From Nanobdellota archaeon (GTDB taxonomy: Archaea > Nanobdellota > Nanobdellia > Pacearchaeales > GW2011-AR1): a DNA stretch of 64,000 bases. Shown piece after piece: positions 9,863-19,507 of the stretch; the stretch's first letter is position 1; the number at the start of each line of letters is the position of its first letter. The translations under genes and the position numbers were made by a program. The stretch spans positions 164-64,163 of the forward strand of contig JBBSYO010000022.1 in NCBI GenBank assembly GCA_038045185.1, given 5' to 3'. The notes beneath the pieces are model-generated. The model had not been told where the DNA came from. It was given only the letters and a program-made list of their open reading frames with translations, and did not search any database.

Positions 9863-10616
9863 ACCGAAAGACCTGATTGAAGCAGTGCCTGAAGAGATTC
9901 AGAAACTTGGCAATGATGGTTCTATTGCAGCAGAAGCTCAGCCGGAAGTTTCTCCTGAAGAGCGCGATCGGGCGAATCGCGTTGATGCCTGGGCGCCTAA
10001 AACGCAAATCGGGCGCGATGTTAAATCTGGAAAAGAAACTGATATTGATAATATTCTTAACTTGCGAAAGAAAATCCTTGAGCCTGAAATTGTGGACAGC
10101 CTGCTTAAGCTTGAAAGCGACCTGATATTAATAGGGCAGGCAAAGGGAAAGTTTGGCGGCGGAAAACGGCGCGCCTGGCGCCAGACGCAGCGCAAGACCA
10201 TGGAAGGAAATGTTGTTTCGTTTTCGGCAATGGTTGTGGTTGGGGATAAGAAAGGTCATGTGGGTGTTGGCCTCGGAAAAGGCAAGGAAACAAAACCCGC
10301 ACGGGAGAAAGCGCAACGGGAAGCAAGACTTAGCATACAACGCATTGAGTTAGGATGTGGTCACTTTGACTGTTCGTGCAGTGAGAAACATAGCATTCCA
10401 TTTATTGTACAAGGCAAGTGCGGCAGCGTTCGCGTGAAGCTGATGCCTGCTCCGCAGGGAACAGGTCTTGTAGTTGGAGACCAGTTGAAAAAGCTATTGC
10501 GACTCGCCGGCATAAAAGACATCTATGGGGTAACTGATGGACAGACGCGCACCACGTTTAATGCTGTCAAGGCGTGTTTCTACGCTCTCTTGAAGACAAC
10601 TGAGGTGAAAAGATGA
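9837..10616 (+). CDS. rps5: 30S ribosomal protein S5
   Basis: WAPKT, VVVGDKKGHVG, PAPQGTGLV. Confidence 0.97.
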   Translation: MAEKETKNKPKDLIEAVPEEIQKLGNDGSIAAEAQPEVSPEERDRANRVDAWAPKTQIGRDVKSGKETDIDNILNLRKKILEPEIVDSLLKLESDLILIGQAKGKFGGGKRRAWRQTQRKTMEGNVVSFSAMVVVGDKKGHVGVGLGKGKETKPAREKAQREARLSIQRIELGCGHFDCSCSEKHSIPFIVQGKCGSVRVKLMPAPQGTGLVVGDQLKKLLRLAGIKDIYGVTDGQTRTTFNAVKACFYALLKTTEVKR

Positions 10617-11029
10617 TTTTGGCGATACGCATTTCTGGCATGGTGAGCATAAATCACGACGCGCAAGAGACAATGTATCGCATGCGATTGCGGCGCAAGT
10701 ATGCAGCGACGCTTATTGCAGACACGCCCCAGAACAGAAAGATGCTTGAAGGTGTGAGAAACTTTATTGCATATGGAGATATTTCCAAAGAGATGCTGCA
10801 AGAACTTCTGGAGAAAAGAGCTGAGCCTCTGAAGGGAAAGAAAATTGATGTTGAACAAGTTATGTCGCAGATTGATAAAAAGAGATTAGATGAACTTGGA
10901 GTAAAGCCGTTCTTTAGGCTGCATCCGCCACGCGGAGGCATTGAGAGCAAGAGGCACTTTGGCACTGGAAGGGGCGTTCTTGGAAATCATAAAGATGCTA
11001 TCGATAAATTAGTGGGGCGGATGTTATGA
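10613..11029 (+). CDS. rpl30: 50S ribosomal protein L30
   Basis: AIRISG, FFRLHPPRGG motifs. Confidence 0.95.
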   Translation: MILAIRISGMVSINHDAQETMYRMRLRRKYAATLIADTPQNRKMLEGVRNFIAYGDISKEMLQELLEKRAEPLKGKKIDVEQVMSQIDKKRLDELGVKPFFRLHPPRGGIESKRHFGTGRGVLGNHKDAIDKLVGRML

Positions 11030-11478
11030 AACTGAAAAAAAGACGCAAGTTTTCCCGTTGGAGGGGCTCGCGCACGCATGGACGAGGCAGGAAAAATCGT
11101 ACACGCGGCTCTGGAAATCAAGGCGGTGTAGGCATGTCAGGCACTGGCAAGCGCGGCGACCAGAAGAAAACCCTTGTGATTAATCTTTATGGCAATGACT
11201 ATTTCGGCAAGGACAAAACTTTACGCAGAGGAAGGCGTGCGCGCATACAGAGCATAACTCTGCGGAGCATCTTAGACACGCTTTCCACGATGGTGAAGAA
11301 AGGCACGGCAAAGCAGGAGAAAGGACATTACGTTGTAGATTTGAATAATTACAAGATTATTGGCAATGATAAACTGTCTATCGCACTCAAAATCAGCGCG
11401 CGCGCGGCCACGCAGTCCGCCAAAGATGCTGTTGCGAAGGCTGGCGGGGAGATTAGCACTGTGAATAAAAGTAAGTAG
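11026..11478 (+). CDS. rpl15: 50S ribosomal protein L15
   Basis: RGSRTHGRG, RGSGNQGGVG, AKAGGE. Confidence 0.95.
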   Translation: MKLKKRRKFSRWRGSRTHGRGRKNRTRGSGNQGGVGMSGTGKRGDQKKTLVINLYGNDYFGKDKTLRRGRRARIQSITLRSILDTLSTMVKKGTAKQEKGHYVVDLNNYKIIGNDKLSIALKISARAATQSAKDAVAKAGGEISTVNKSK

Positions 11479-11550
11479 TTGCAAAGAAGAAGAGATGTTG
11501 TGCCACTGCCGTCGTCTGGGTTCAGCGTGTATTTTCGAGGGGATGCGGGC

Positions 11551-11892
11551 TTAATTGAAACCTGTTGGACCGATTGTTCTCAAGATGTGCTTTATCTCTT
11601 CGATGACTTTTTGTTGTTCCTTCTTATCTGACATTCTCACAAATCGTATTAGTAAGTCAGTTAATGCTTCTTGATTAAAAACTCGGATCTTATGAGAATC
11701 TGTAATAAAATAAAACCTAAAACCCTCATATTTCAGTTCTTTTACTACAATTCCTCCCACATGGCCAAGAGACTTTCCTTTAGATGGAGAGTGTTCCAAA
11801 GACCGCAGATGTTCTAGTATTTCAATAGAATTTCCTTTAAATCGCTTATAAATTTCCTCTTTTAAGGAAGGTACAATTTCTACTTTGGCCAT
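11551..11892 (-). CDS. putative RelE/ParE-like toxin
   Basis: L..SPSKGK.LG....ELKY.GFRFYF pattern; overlaps downstream end of small antitoxin-like ORF. Confidence 0.55.
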   Translation of the reverse strand: MAKVEIVPSLKEEIYKRFKGNSIEILEHLRSLEHSPSKGKSLGHVGGIVVKELKYEGFRFYFITDSHKIRVFNQEALTDLLIRFVRMSDKKEQQKVIEEIKHILRTIGPTGFN

Positions 11893-12080
11893 TTTTTCTT
11901 AGCTTCAGCGATTGCTTCTTCAATAGGTATTGCATCTCCTTCAAATAAGAACTGGCGTAGCTGCTCTTTAACAGCCATTGAATATAGGTGATTGATTATG
12001 TCATCATAAGAATCTCCTTTAGTTCCGAATGATTGGAGCTTCTTTTTTGTACTCTCATTGACTTGTATTGTAGTTGCCAT
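11880..12080 (-). CDS. putative antitoxin (RHH-like)
   Basis: TTIQV..STKKKL...G.SYDDII pattern typical of small archaeal antitoxins; acidic C-terminus. Confidence 0.65.
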   Translation of the reverse strand: MATTIQVNESTKKKLQSFGTKGDSYDDIINHLYSMAVKEQLRQFLFEGDAIPIEEAIAEAKKKWPK

Positions 12081-12117
12081 AGTTTCTATAGTAGCTATAG
12101 TTGCTATATTTATAAAG
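12071..12117 (-). promoter_or_regulatory. TATA box plus four tandem 9-bp repeats (putative antitoxin operator)
   Basis: tagttgcca/tagtttcta/tagtagcta/tagttgcta at 12071-12106 span the start codon; CTTTATAAATA on minus strand at 12117-12107. Confidence 0.6.
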
Positions 12118-12382
12118 ATTTCGGTGATGCTTTTCTTGCTTTTCTTCTTAAAATCAAAAGTCTCAGTTTTTTATTCCATCTTTTAACATCAAAATAGTTT
12201 GAGAAGTGCATATGCTCGTCTCTCAGCATTTTTCTATCGTCACAACCTCTTACTCCGTCTCTATAATCAAGCCAATCGTTCCAATATGGTTGAGGCTCTA
12301 GTCCTTCTTTAATAAGGATCTCTTTTTTATTTTTAAATCTTGGAGTTTTTCTTCCACTATGTCTTCTTGTTTTGCTATTCAC
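12110..12382 (-). CDS. hypothetical basic protein
   Basis: 90-aa ORF with GTG start, upstream AT-rich box, co-oriented with TA pair. Confidence 0.5.
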   Translation of the reverse strand: MNSKTRRHSGRKTPRFKNKKEILIKEGLEPQPYWNDWLDYRDGVRGCDDRKMLRDEHMHFSNYFDVKRWNKKLRLLILRRKARKASPKSL

Positions 12383-12550
12383 TTATTTAGAAGCCAATTA
12401 AAATATATAATTTTAAGCTGTAACTCTGTAATAGAAATTTTTTACAAGTCAGTCAAAAATGACCAGTTGGTCTTATGCTCCCGCCGAGCCCAACCCTGCA
12501 AAAACCCATTATCAAGATACGTTTAAAAAGTCTTTTTTTGTAAAGCACTG

Positions 12551-13936
12551 ATGGGATTGCAAGAAATTATTTCCTATTTGCCAGAGGTGCGCAAGCCAGT
12601 TGAGAAGAAAGTAAGTTTCAACGTTAAGCTGCGCTGGACGCTCGTTATTATGGGGGCGTTCTTTATTCTTTATAATATTCCCTTGCATGGGCTGAGCAAT
12701 AATGCGCTGGAACGTTTTCGATATTTAGCAGTGCTGTTTGGCACGGACTTTGGAAGCGTCATTAGCTTAGGCATCGGGCCGATTGTTATGTCATCGATTA
12801 TCCTGCAGCTGCTCGTAGGCTCTGGAATTCTGACGATTAACACAAAAACAGAAGAAGGCAAGAAATTGTATCAGGGCTTGCAGAAACTTGGAGTTCTTTT
12901 CTTCATTGTGTTTGAAGCGATGGTGTATGTTCTTATGCAGGGATTGCAGGCAGCTCCGGGCTTTACTGGTATTTTGATTATTCAACTTATACTTGGAGGA
13001 CTGGCGATTATGTTCATGGACGAGGTTGTTAGCAAGTGGGGATTTGGTTCAGGCGTGTCGCTCTTCATCGTTGCAGGTGTTGCATTGAATCTGTTCACAG
13101 GACTGTTCCAGTTTATTGGTCCTACTGGAACCAGCTGCCTCACTGATTTTGGAACAACAGCGTGCACAGGCAAGGTGCTGGTCGTGCTACAATCAATTAT
13201 TAACGGGGCTCCGCGCGAGGCACTTTTAGCATTCGCGATTATTGCGATTACTGCTGCTCTTTTCTTAGGCATTGTATGGGCGCAGAGTTTGAAGATTGAA
13301 CTGCCACTTAGCTTTGATCGTCTGCGAGGGCATATGGTAAAGTGGCCGTTGCCGCTATTCTATGCTTCGAACATTCCAGTTATCCTGGTTGCGGCGCTTG
13401 TTGCAAATCTGCAGCTGTTTGCAGGCCTGATTGAAGGATGGTTGGGTCGTGCTACGTTCCTCGGTACTTTTTCCAATGGAGTTCCTGTTGCAGGATTTGC
13501 GTACTGGATTGGAAGCACAGATTTGGTAACCTCTGTAATTACAGGAAGCCTGCAGACATCGCATATTTTTCAGGCGGTAACGCACCTCGTGTTCTACATT
13601 TTGCTGTCTATTATGTTCTCGGTATTTTGGGTTAAGACTGCAGGTATGGATGCCGCAAGCATTGCGCGCAATATCATGGCCTCTGGATTGCAGATTCCTG
13701 GATTCAGAAAAGACGAGCGCGTGCTTGAGAGCATTTTAAGCAGATATGTGATGCCATTAACCATTATGGGGGGCATCGCTGTCGGGGCGCTTGCCGCGAT
13801 TGCAGACTTGTTCGGAGTTTTGACCTCTGGAACATCACTCTTGCTTGCTATTACCATAACTTACCAATTGTTCCAGAATATCGCGCAGCAGCATGCGGTC
13901 GACATGCATCCTGCGCTGCGCAAATTCGTCGGATAA
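12551..13936 (+). CDS. secY: preprotein translocase SecY
   Basis: SLGIGPIV, DEVVSKWGFGSGVSLFI, YASNIPVIL, IPGFRKD. Confidence 0.98.
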   Translation: MGLQEIISYLPEVRKPVEKKVSFNVKLRWTLVIMGAFFILYNIPLHGLSNNALERFRYLAVLFGTDFGSVISLGIGPIVMSSIILQLLVGSGILTINTKTEEGKKLYQGLQKLGVLFFIVFEAMVYVLMQGLQAAPGFTGILIIQLILGGLAIMFMDEVVSKWGFGSGVSLFIVAGVALNLFTGLFQFIGPTGTSCLTDFGTTACTGKVLVVLQSIINGAPREALLAFAIIAITAALFLGIVWAQSLKIELPLSFDRLRGHMVKWPLPLFYASNIPVILVAALVANLQLFAGLIEGWLGRATFLGTFSNGVPVAGFAYWIGSTDLVTSVITGSLQTSHIFQAVTHLVFYILLSIMFSVFWVKTAGMDAASIARNIMASGLQIPGFRKDERVLESILSRYVMPLTIMGGIAVGALAAIADLFGVLTSGTSLLLAITITYQLFQNIAQQHAVDMHPALRKFVG

Positions 13937-13987
13937 ATTGCTTGGGAAGGTCAATAAGTTTAAATAGGATTTTCAGCTCAAAAGAAT

Positions 13988-14389
13988 ATGCCTCTTACCA
14001 CTCTTGTAAACGCGTATCCGCTCGCTAGTGTCGTCACGATTTCAGCACTTGTTTCATTCTTTATTTCATTAGTAAACTATTTTGTACTGGACAAGGAGCG
14101 TATGCGCGAGCTTAAGGAAAAGCAGAAATCGCTTCAAAGCGAGATAAAAAACCAGCCTGATTCCCAGAAAAAGATGGAGCTAACCAACCAGATGCTCAAG
14201 CACAGCATGGAAACCATGAAGCACTCCATGAAGCCTGCGCTAATAACGATGATTCCTCTTTTGATTATATTCTGGTTTATCAAGGGAATGTTTGAGACGA
14301 CTTCGCTTGCAGGAAGCTGGATATGGTACTACATTGGGAGTGCTTTGGCATTTAGTCTGGTCTTCAGAAAACTTTTTAAACTGCCTTAA
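13988..14389 (+). CDS. DUF106 / EMC3-TMCO1 (Oxa1 superfamily) membrane protein
   Basis: TM-coiled coil-TM layout, MKP.LITMIP, WIWYY motif; usual neighbour of secY. Confidence 0.85.
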   Translation: MPLTTLVNAYPLASVVTISALVSFFISLVNYFVLDKERMRELKEKQKSLQSEIKNQPDSQKKMELTNQMLKHSMETMKHSMKPALITMIPLLIIFWFIKGMFETTSLAGSWIWYYIGSALAFSLVFRKLFKLP

Positions 14390-14402
14390 GTGCTTTGCGT
14401 TC

Positions 14403-14801
14403 ATGGAACAGGAATTATTTGCGCGCGCGCAAATCGCTTATCAGCAAGCCCAAGCGCATGAGGAACGGCTCGGATTTATCAATCAGCAGATTCAGGAAAT
14501 GGAAGAATTTAATTCTGGCTTGAAACAACTCGCGCATAACAAGCAAGGAGAGATTTTAGCATCTTTAGGAAAGGGCGTTTTTGTAAAGACTAAAAGAATT
14601 GAGCAGGATTTTTTTGTTGATGTTGGATCACAGGTGTTCGTCAAAAGAAATCTTTCTGACATACAAATGACACTTGGCGAGCAAATTAATCGTCTTACCG
14701 AATTGCGAGAAGAAATAAAAGAAGAACTGGCTGACTTAAAGCAGGATCTGAGCGAGATGATGGAGTCAGTTGAACCTGTTCAGAAGCACAAAACTATTTA
14801 A
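14403..14801 (+). CDS. pfdA: prefoldin subunit alpha (start moved to ATG 14403)
   Basis: coiled coils flanking EILASLGKGVFVK and FVDVGSQVFVKR hairpins. Confidence 0.85.
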   Translation: MEQELFARAQIAYQQAQAHEERLGFINQQIQEMEEFNSGLKQLAHNKQGEILASLGKGVFVKTKRIEQDFFVDVGSQVFVKRNLSDIQMTLGEQINRLTELREEIKEELADLKQDLSEMMESVEPVQKHKTI

Positions 14802-14832
14802 GCGTCTGAAGGGTAAATCGATTAAGTGCAAT

Positions 14833-15693
14833 ATGTTAGAGATGATTATCGGTCCAAAAAAGGCTGAACGACGACCGTGGGAAATGTTCTTCATTGGACT
14901 GTTCTATGCCAGTGCTTCAATATTGCTTGTTAATTGGATTTTTTCCCGTGATGCAGTATTGATGAAATATTCTGGTGTGCTTGTTGTCACTTTTACTGTG
15001 ATGTTCTCCCTGCCTTTCGTATATTATCTAATCAAGCTTGAGGAAAAGAAAGCGGTTTCTAATTTGGGCGCTTTCCCATTGCTCAAAGAACACCGAAAGG
15101 CACTCTGGGCTTTCCTCTGGCTTTTTGTTGGTTTCGTAGTAGCTTACTCGTTCTGGTATATACTTTTGCCGACGACGCAGAGCTTCAAGGCCCAAGTTGA
15201 GACGTATTGCGCGATTAATCGACCGGCAGAATACGATGGCTGCTTAGCTCAATACGGGGGAGCTAAAGGCGTGCAGCAGACGGCTTTTGCTGGCAACAAG
15301 GAACGGCTTTTCCTTATTTTTGCGAACAATATTTATGTGCTTATATTTACAATAGTGTTCTCCTTGTTATTTGGGGCGGGAGCTATCTTTATCTTAGCAT
15401 GGAACGCGAGCGTCATAGCGGCAGCCATAAGCATTTTTACGCGGTCGAGTCTTGCGGAGTTGCCGATAGGGCTCGTGAGGTATATGATTCACGGACTGCC
15501 TGAAATAGCAGCATACTTTATTGCAGCGATGGCAGGAGGAATTATTTCAGTAGCAGTTATACGCCATGAAGCTACGTCTGACCGATTCTGGAATATTCTG
15601 CAGGACTCGCTTAATCTTATTATCGCGGCGGTACTTGTGCTTTTCCTTGCTGCGCTGATGGAAGTGTTTCTGACGCCGCTGCTCTTTAATTGA
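14833..15693 (+). CDS. SpoIIM/DUF95 family membrane protein
   Basis: IFANN, WNASVI, HGLPEI motifs. Confidence 0.8.
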   Translation: MLEMIIGPKKAERRPWEMFFIGLFYASASILLVNWIFSRDAVLMKYSGVLVVTFTVMFSLPFVYYLIKLEEKKAVSNLGAFPLLKEHRKALWAFLWLFVGFVVAYSFWYILLPTTQSFKAQVETYCAINRPAEYDGCLAQYGGAKGVQQTAFAGNKERLFLIFANNIYVLIFTIVFSLLFGAGAIFILAWNASVIAAAISIFTRSSLAELPIGLVRYMIHGLPEIAAYFIAAMAGGIISVAVIRHEATSDRFWNILQDSLNLIIAAVLVLFLAALMEVFLTPLLFN

Positions 15694-15726
15694 AAGATTT
15701 ATATAAGTCCTGAGACGCTAAGCTTT

Positions 15727-15879
15727 GTGGAACAAGTATGCCGTCATTGTCGATACCGTTATGAGGGACTTAACCCTAAAAAAACGTGTCCTTATTGCGG
15801 CGAAACTGGTCTCGTTACGGTTGAAGGGGCAGAGGATCTTATTGATGACCTTAATAAATCACGAATAATTCTTGCATAA
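15727..15879 (+). CDS. small Zn-ribbon/rubredoxin-like protein (50 aa; below ORF-track cutoff)
   Basis: GTG start, CRHC...CPYCG; TTTATATAAG box about 29 nt upstream; ends 1 nt before the GPT ATG. Confidence 0.7.
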   Translation: MEQVCRHCRYRYEGLNPKKTCPYCGETGLVTVEGAEDLIDDLNKSRIILA

Positions 15880-15880
15880 C

Positions 15881-16894
15881 ATGATAGCCATTTACCCCCT
15901 TGTATTGTTTGCCGTCAGTTTTTTTCTTACTCTTATTATAATGCCTTATTGGATACGGAAAGCTCATCAAATAAAGTTGGTTTGGGGAGACATGAACAAA
16001 TATGAAAGCCGTCTTGTCGCTGGCTCTGGAGGAGTAATTGTTCTGGGCAGCTTTATTGTTGGGGTTTTGTTTTTTATTGCCTATCGAATATTCTATTTGC
16101 AGGTCTCGGATTATTTGGTTGAAATATTGAGTTTGCTTGTGACTATGACGTTATTGGGAGGCATCGGTCTTATTGATGACCTGTTGGGATGGCAACACGG
16201 AGGATTATCACGGCGCTCGCGCATCCTGCTCGTCAGTCTTGCTTCGCTGCCCCTTATGGCGATAAATGCCGGAAAGGCAAGCATGGATTTACCTGTCTTG
16301 GGCGTGGTTGACTTCGGTCTTGTCTACCCTTTAGTTTTAATCCCGTTGGGAATTGCTGGTGCGTCTGCTACTTTTAATTTCCTTGCGGGTTTTAACGGTC
16401 TGGAAGCTGGACAAGGAATATTAATATTGGGCGCGTTGAGTGTTGCTGCCTACTTCACAGGGAATCATTGGTTGGCAGTTATTGGAATTTGCATGATTGC
16501 AAGCCTCCTCGGATTTTTGCTATTTAACTTCTTTCCTGCGCAAGTTTTTCCTGGTGATTGTTTAACATATCCTGTTGGGGGCATGATTGCAATTATGGCA
16601 ATATTGGGAAATTTCGAGAAGATTGCTGTCTGGTTCTTCATTCCGGTGATAATCGAAGTTGTGCTAAAGGCAAGGGGGCGGTTTGTCAAGCCGTCGTTCG
16701 GTAAGCCGCAGAAGAACGGTTCACTTGAGACTCCTTACCCAGAATTGTATGGATTGACACATGTAGCCCTTTGGGTGCAGAAGCGGCTCGGACTAGTGCC
16801 TACTGAACGCAGAGCAGTACTTCTTATTTGGGGATTCCAACTAATTATTATTCTTATTGGCTTCATCATTTTTAGAGGAGGAGTATTCTCTTAA
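15881..16894 (+). CDS. UDP-GlcNAc:dolichol-phosphate GlcNAc-1-P transferase (GT4/MraY-like, AglH/Alg7)
   Basis: DMNK, GLIDD, NFLAGFNGLEAG, PAQVFPGD motifs. Confidence 0.9.
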   Translation: MIAIYPLVLFAVSFFLTLIIMPYWIRKAHQIKLVWGDMNKYESRLVAGSGGVIVLGSFIVGVLFFIAYRIFYLQVSDYLVEILSLLVTMTLLGGIGLIDDLLGWQHGGLSRRSRILLVSLASLPLMAINAGKASMDLPVLGVVDFGLVYPLVLIPLGIAGASATFNFLAGFNGLEAGQGILILGALSVAAYFTGNHWLAVIGICMIASLLGFLLFNFFPAQVFPGDCLTYPVGGMIAIMAILGNFEKIAVWFFIPVIIEVVLKARGRFVKPSFGKPQKNGSLETPYPELYGLTHVALWVQKRLGLVPTERRAVLLIWGFQLIIILIGFIIFRGGVFS

Positions 16895-18106
16895 ATGTTT
16901 AACAGAGAGTTTATTCGTGGCGGCCTCATTCTCGTTTTTTGTTTTGGCGTAGCCAACCTCATCAATTTTGCGTTTCACTTAAGCATGGCTAGATTTTTGA
17001 GCGTTGCGGATTATGGTCTGCTCGCAACACTTTTAGCCATCATCTATCTGCTTTCAATTTTATCAGAGTCTGTTCAGACCATTGTCTCAAAAAACGCTAG
17101 TAATAAAGAAGTTGATGTTCTTGGGGTAATGAATCGGTCTATGCGAAAAATGATGCGCCCCGCATTATTGCTATTCGCAACTTATCTAATTGTGTCTATA
17201 CCCTTGTCCGTCTTTCTCGATATCCCTTACTTCCTTCTTTCTCTAAACGGATTAATGATATTTGGTTCACTTTATATGCCAATTAACCGCGGATTGCTTC
17301 AGGGAAAAAAGAGGTTTCTGCCTCTCGGAGGCAACATGGTTATAGAGTCTGTCGGCAAGTTGGCTCTTTCTCTTGTTCTCGTTATAATTGGGTTTGCAGT
17401 ATATGGTGCAATTATCGGGGGTCTGCTAGGGGCCGGACTCGCTTATGCCGTGTCTTTTATCAACCTCAAGCCCCTATTCAATCGCAGCAAGAAGTTGGTT
17501 AAGAAAGAAATAGAATATAATTACGATAAAAAATCTTTCCTTACGATATTTTCTATAATGACTTTCTTTGCTATTGACATCGTTGTGGCGCGAATAGTTT
17601 TTGAGCCAAGCGTTGTTGGGACATATGCAATTGCGTCTACTATTGCCAAGACTATATTCTTTGCAACGATGCCGGTGGGCAAGGCAATGTTTTCATTTAC
17701 TGCTGAAAAATCCAGCGCGGAAAAATCTGAGAAAGTCTTTCTCAATGCACTAACATTTATTGGTTTTGGGATAATTGTTGCCTTAACCATGTTTTATTTC
17801 TTCCCCGGCTTGTGGGTGTTTATCTTTTCTGGTAAGCATTTACCGCTGGCGGCAGGTTCGCTCTTTATCCTTGGCATAGCTTATAGCCTAATTAGTCTTA
17901 CGAATCTGGTTCTTCTTTATAAAATTTCTATCGGCAATGTGCGCCACATATGGCTTATCGTCCTAATGCCAGTTATAGAAGTTGTGCTTCTATTCATTTT
18001 CTCTAAAAACATAATGCAATTTTCATTTGCCCTTGTAACGAGTTCAGCGTTGTTCTTGTGGGTTTCCCTTAGCAGCGATTATAGTTATAGTAGAAGACAT
18101 AAATAA
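16895..18106 (+). CDS. oligosaccharide flippase (MOP/Wzx-like)
   Basis: multi-TM; ARFLSVADYG, VGTYAIA pattern. Confidence 0.8.
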   Translation: MFNREFIRGGLILVFCFGVANLINFAFHLSMARFLSVADYGLLATLLAIIYLLSILSESVQTIVSKNASNKEVDVLGVMNRSMRKMMRPALLLFATYLIVSIPLSVFLDIPYFLLSLNGLMIFGSLYMPINRGLLQGKKRFLPLGGNMVIESVGKLALSLVLVIIGFAVYGAIIGGLLGAGLAYAVSFINLKPLFNRSKKLVKKEIEYNYDKKSFLTIFSIMTFFAIDIVVARIVFEPSVVGTYAIASTIAKTIFFATMPVGKAMFSFTAEKSSAEKSEKVFLNALTFIGFGIIVALTMFYFFPGLWVFIFSGKHLPLAAGSLFILGIAYSLISLTNLVLLYKISIGNVRHIWLIVLMPVIEVVLLFIFSKNIMQFSFALVTSSALFLWVSLSSDYSYSRRHK

Positions 18107-18126
18107 AGAAAATCGTTGAAATTTCC

Positions 18127-18670
18127 TACCGAACCGGAGCAAGCTCCGCGGTATAAAAAACTCCTTGAATTCATCTTGGCAGTTTTTTAGCCAGAGAACA
18201 AAAGACTAAAATCTACTCCGATTTAGATAAAGGATTTTGTTCTCTGTATTCGGAAATGTCAAGATGCCTGATGACTTGCATCTTGAGCACACAAGGTTTG
18301 CAACTTTAAGCAAATCTTGCTGTTTCTGATTCACGATTTTCTAATTAGAATCGTCAAGAACAAAGTTCTTGAGCGCCTCGAAAATCTTACGAGATTTTCG
18401 CAGTTTTACTCCACAGCAAGCTGCGGGGTATTCAACCCAAAAATTCTAATCAAAAAGTCCTTGAGTTTTACCACATGTCAAAAACCACTGGTTTTTGAGC
18501 ACTGCCAAGAATGCAACGCCAGGCATCCTTGAGGGTTGGATGTGTCAAAAACTTCTTTTTTGAGACCTCGCAAATATAGACATTCCAGTTGATTGTGCTG
18601 TATCGGTGTGGGAATGTATAGACAGAGATTCTTGAGCAATAAGTAGCTTAATCAGGGGGAATCTCTGTAT
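18127..18670. repeat. intergenic hairpin array A (GCAAGC-centred, TCA..TGA and CAGAGA..TCTCTG hairpins)
   Basis: cggagc-aa-gctccg 18135-48; cagagaacaaaa/ttttgttctctg 18192-246; tcaagatgc/gcatcttga 18259-86; tcaagaac/gttcttga 18354-72; ccacagcaagctgcgggg 18411-28; tcaaaaacc/ggtttttga 18478-98. Confidence 0.85.
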
Positions 18671-18715
18671 CTTGGATTCGTAAAGTTTTAAAAAGCCCCA
18701 TCTTCTCGAGTTGAT

Positions 18716-19507
18716 ATGCGCGTTTCGATTATTATACCTGCGTATAACGAGGAGAGACGTATATTGCCAATGCTCAGGCGATACGGAGAGTATTTTGAAG
18801 ACCTGAGAAAGAAGCGGGAGCTGAACTATGAATTTCTCGTTGTAATTAACAATACGACCGACAATACTCTTTCTGTGGTGAAGAATGCGCAAAAAACCAA
18901 CCCGCGTATCCACTATCTCGACCTCAAACTAGGCGGAAAGGGGCTTGCCATTATTGCGGGATTCAAAGACGCGCTCAAGCGACCCAACGACCTAATCGGG
19001 TTTGCCGATGCCGACATGGCAACTCCCCCAGAGGCCTTTTACGACCTTGTGCGTTCTGTTAATCGGTGCGATGGGGTCATTGCAGCCAGATGGAGACGCG
19101 AGAGCGTTATTACAAGGCAGACATCATTATTCAGAGTCAAGAGCTTCATTTTCAACCTAATCGTGCGTTCGCTCTTCCTTTTTCCCTATAGGGACACACA
19201 ATGTGGGGCGAAACTATTTACGCGGCGCGCCATTGAACATGTGCATGATAAAATGAGCATTACGAAGTGGGCCTTTGATATTGACCTTTTATACAAATTA
19301 CGAAAACTTGGATTCGCAGTTATAGAAAGACCTACTATTTGGGAGAGTAAAGAAGATTCACGCATTCGGCTCGTTACCGCATCTGTAGAAATGTTTTTGG
19401 CTGTTATTCGCCTGCGGCTTGTTCATTCCCCAATGGCATTTATCGTGCGAACCTATGACGCTCTCCCGCAACAATTAAAAATGCACCACCGTATCTGGAT
19501 TCAATGA
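18716..19507 (+). CDS. GT2 dolichol-phosphate glycosyltransferase (Alg5/AglD-like)
   Basis: SIIIPAYNEE, GKG.A, FADAD, DTQCGAKLF, WAFDIDLL. Confidence 0.9.
   Translation: MRVSIIIPAYNEERRILPMLRRYGEYFEDLRKKRELNYEFLVVINNTTDNTLSVVKNAQKTNPRIHYLDLKLGGKGLAIIAGFKDALKRPNDLIGFADADMATPPEAFYDLVRSVNRCDGVIAARWRRESVITRQTSLFRVKSFIFNLIVRSLFLFPYRDTQCGAKLFTRRAIEHVHDKMSITKWAFDIDLLYKLRKLGFAVIERPTIWESKEDSRIRLVTASVEMFLAVIRLRLVHSPMAFIVRTYDALPQQLKMHHRIWIQ

Noticed and set aside
394..11484. Many short antisense or alternate-frame ORFs in the ribosomal operon and elsewhere
   Set aside because: Shadows of well-supported genes.
11517..12492. Inverted repeats flanking the TA cassette (tgggttcagcg / cgccgagccca)
   Set aside because: Only 9 of 11 match, no target duplication; chance cannot be excluded.
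18317..18532. 71-aa ORF (also 40820-41026 and 35908-36117)
   Set aside because: Lie over hairpin or promoter DNA, weak starts, no protein-like motifs.
18127..18670. Simple intrinsic terminators
   Set aside because: Too many, nested, mostly lacking U-tracts, and archaeal termination generally does not need such hairpins.
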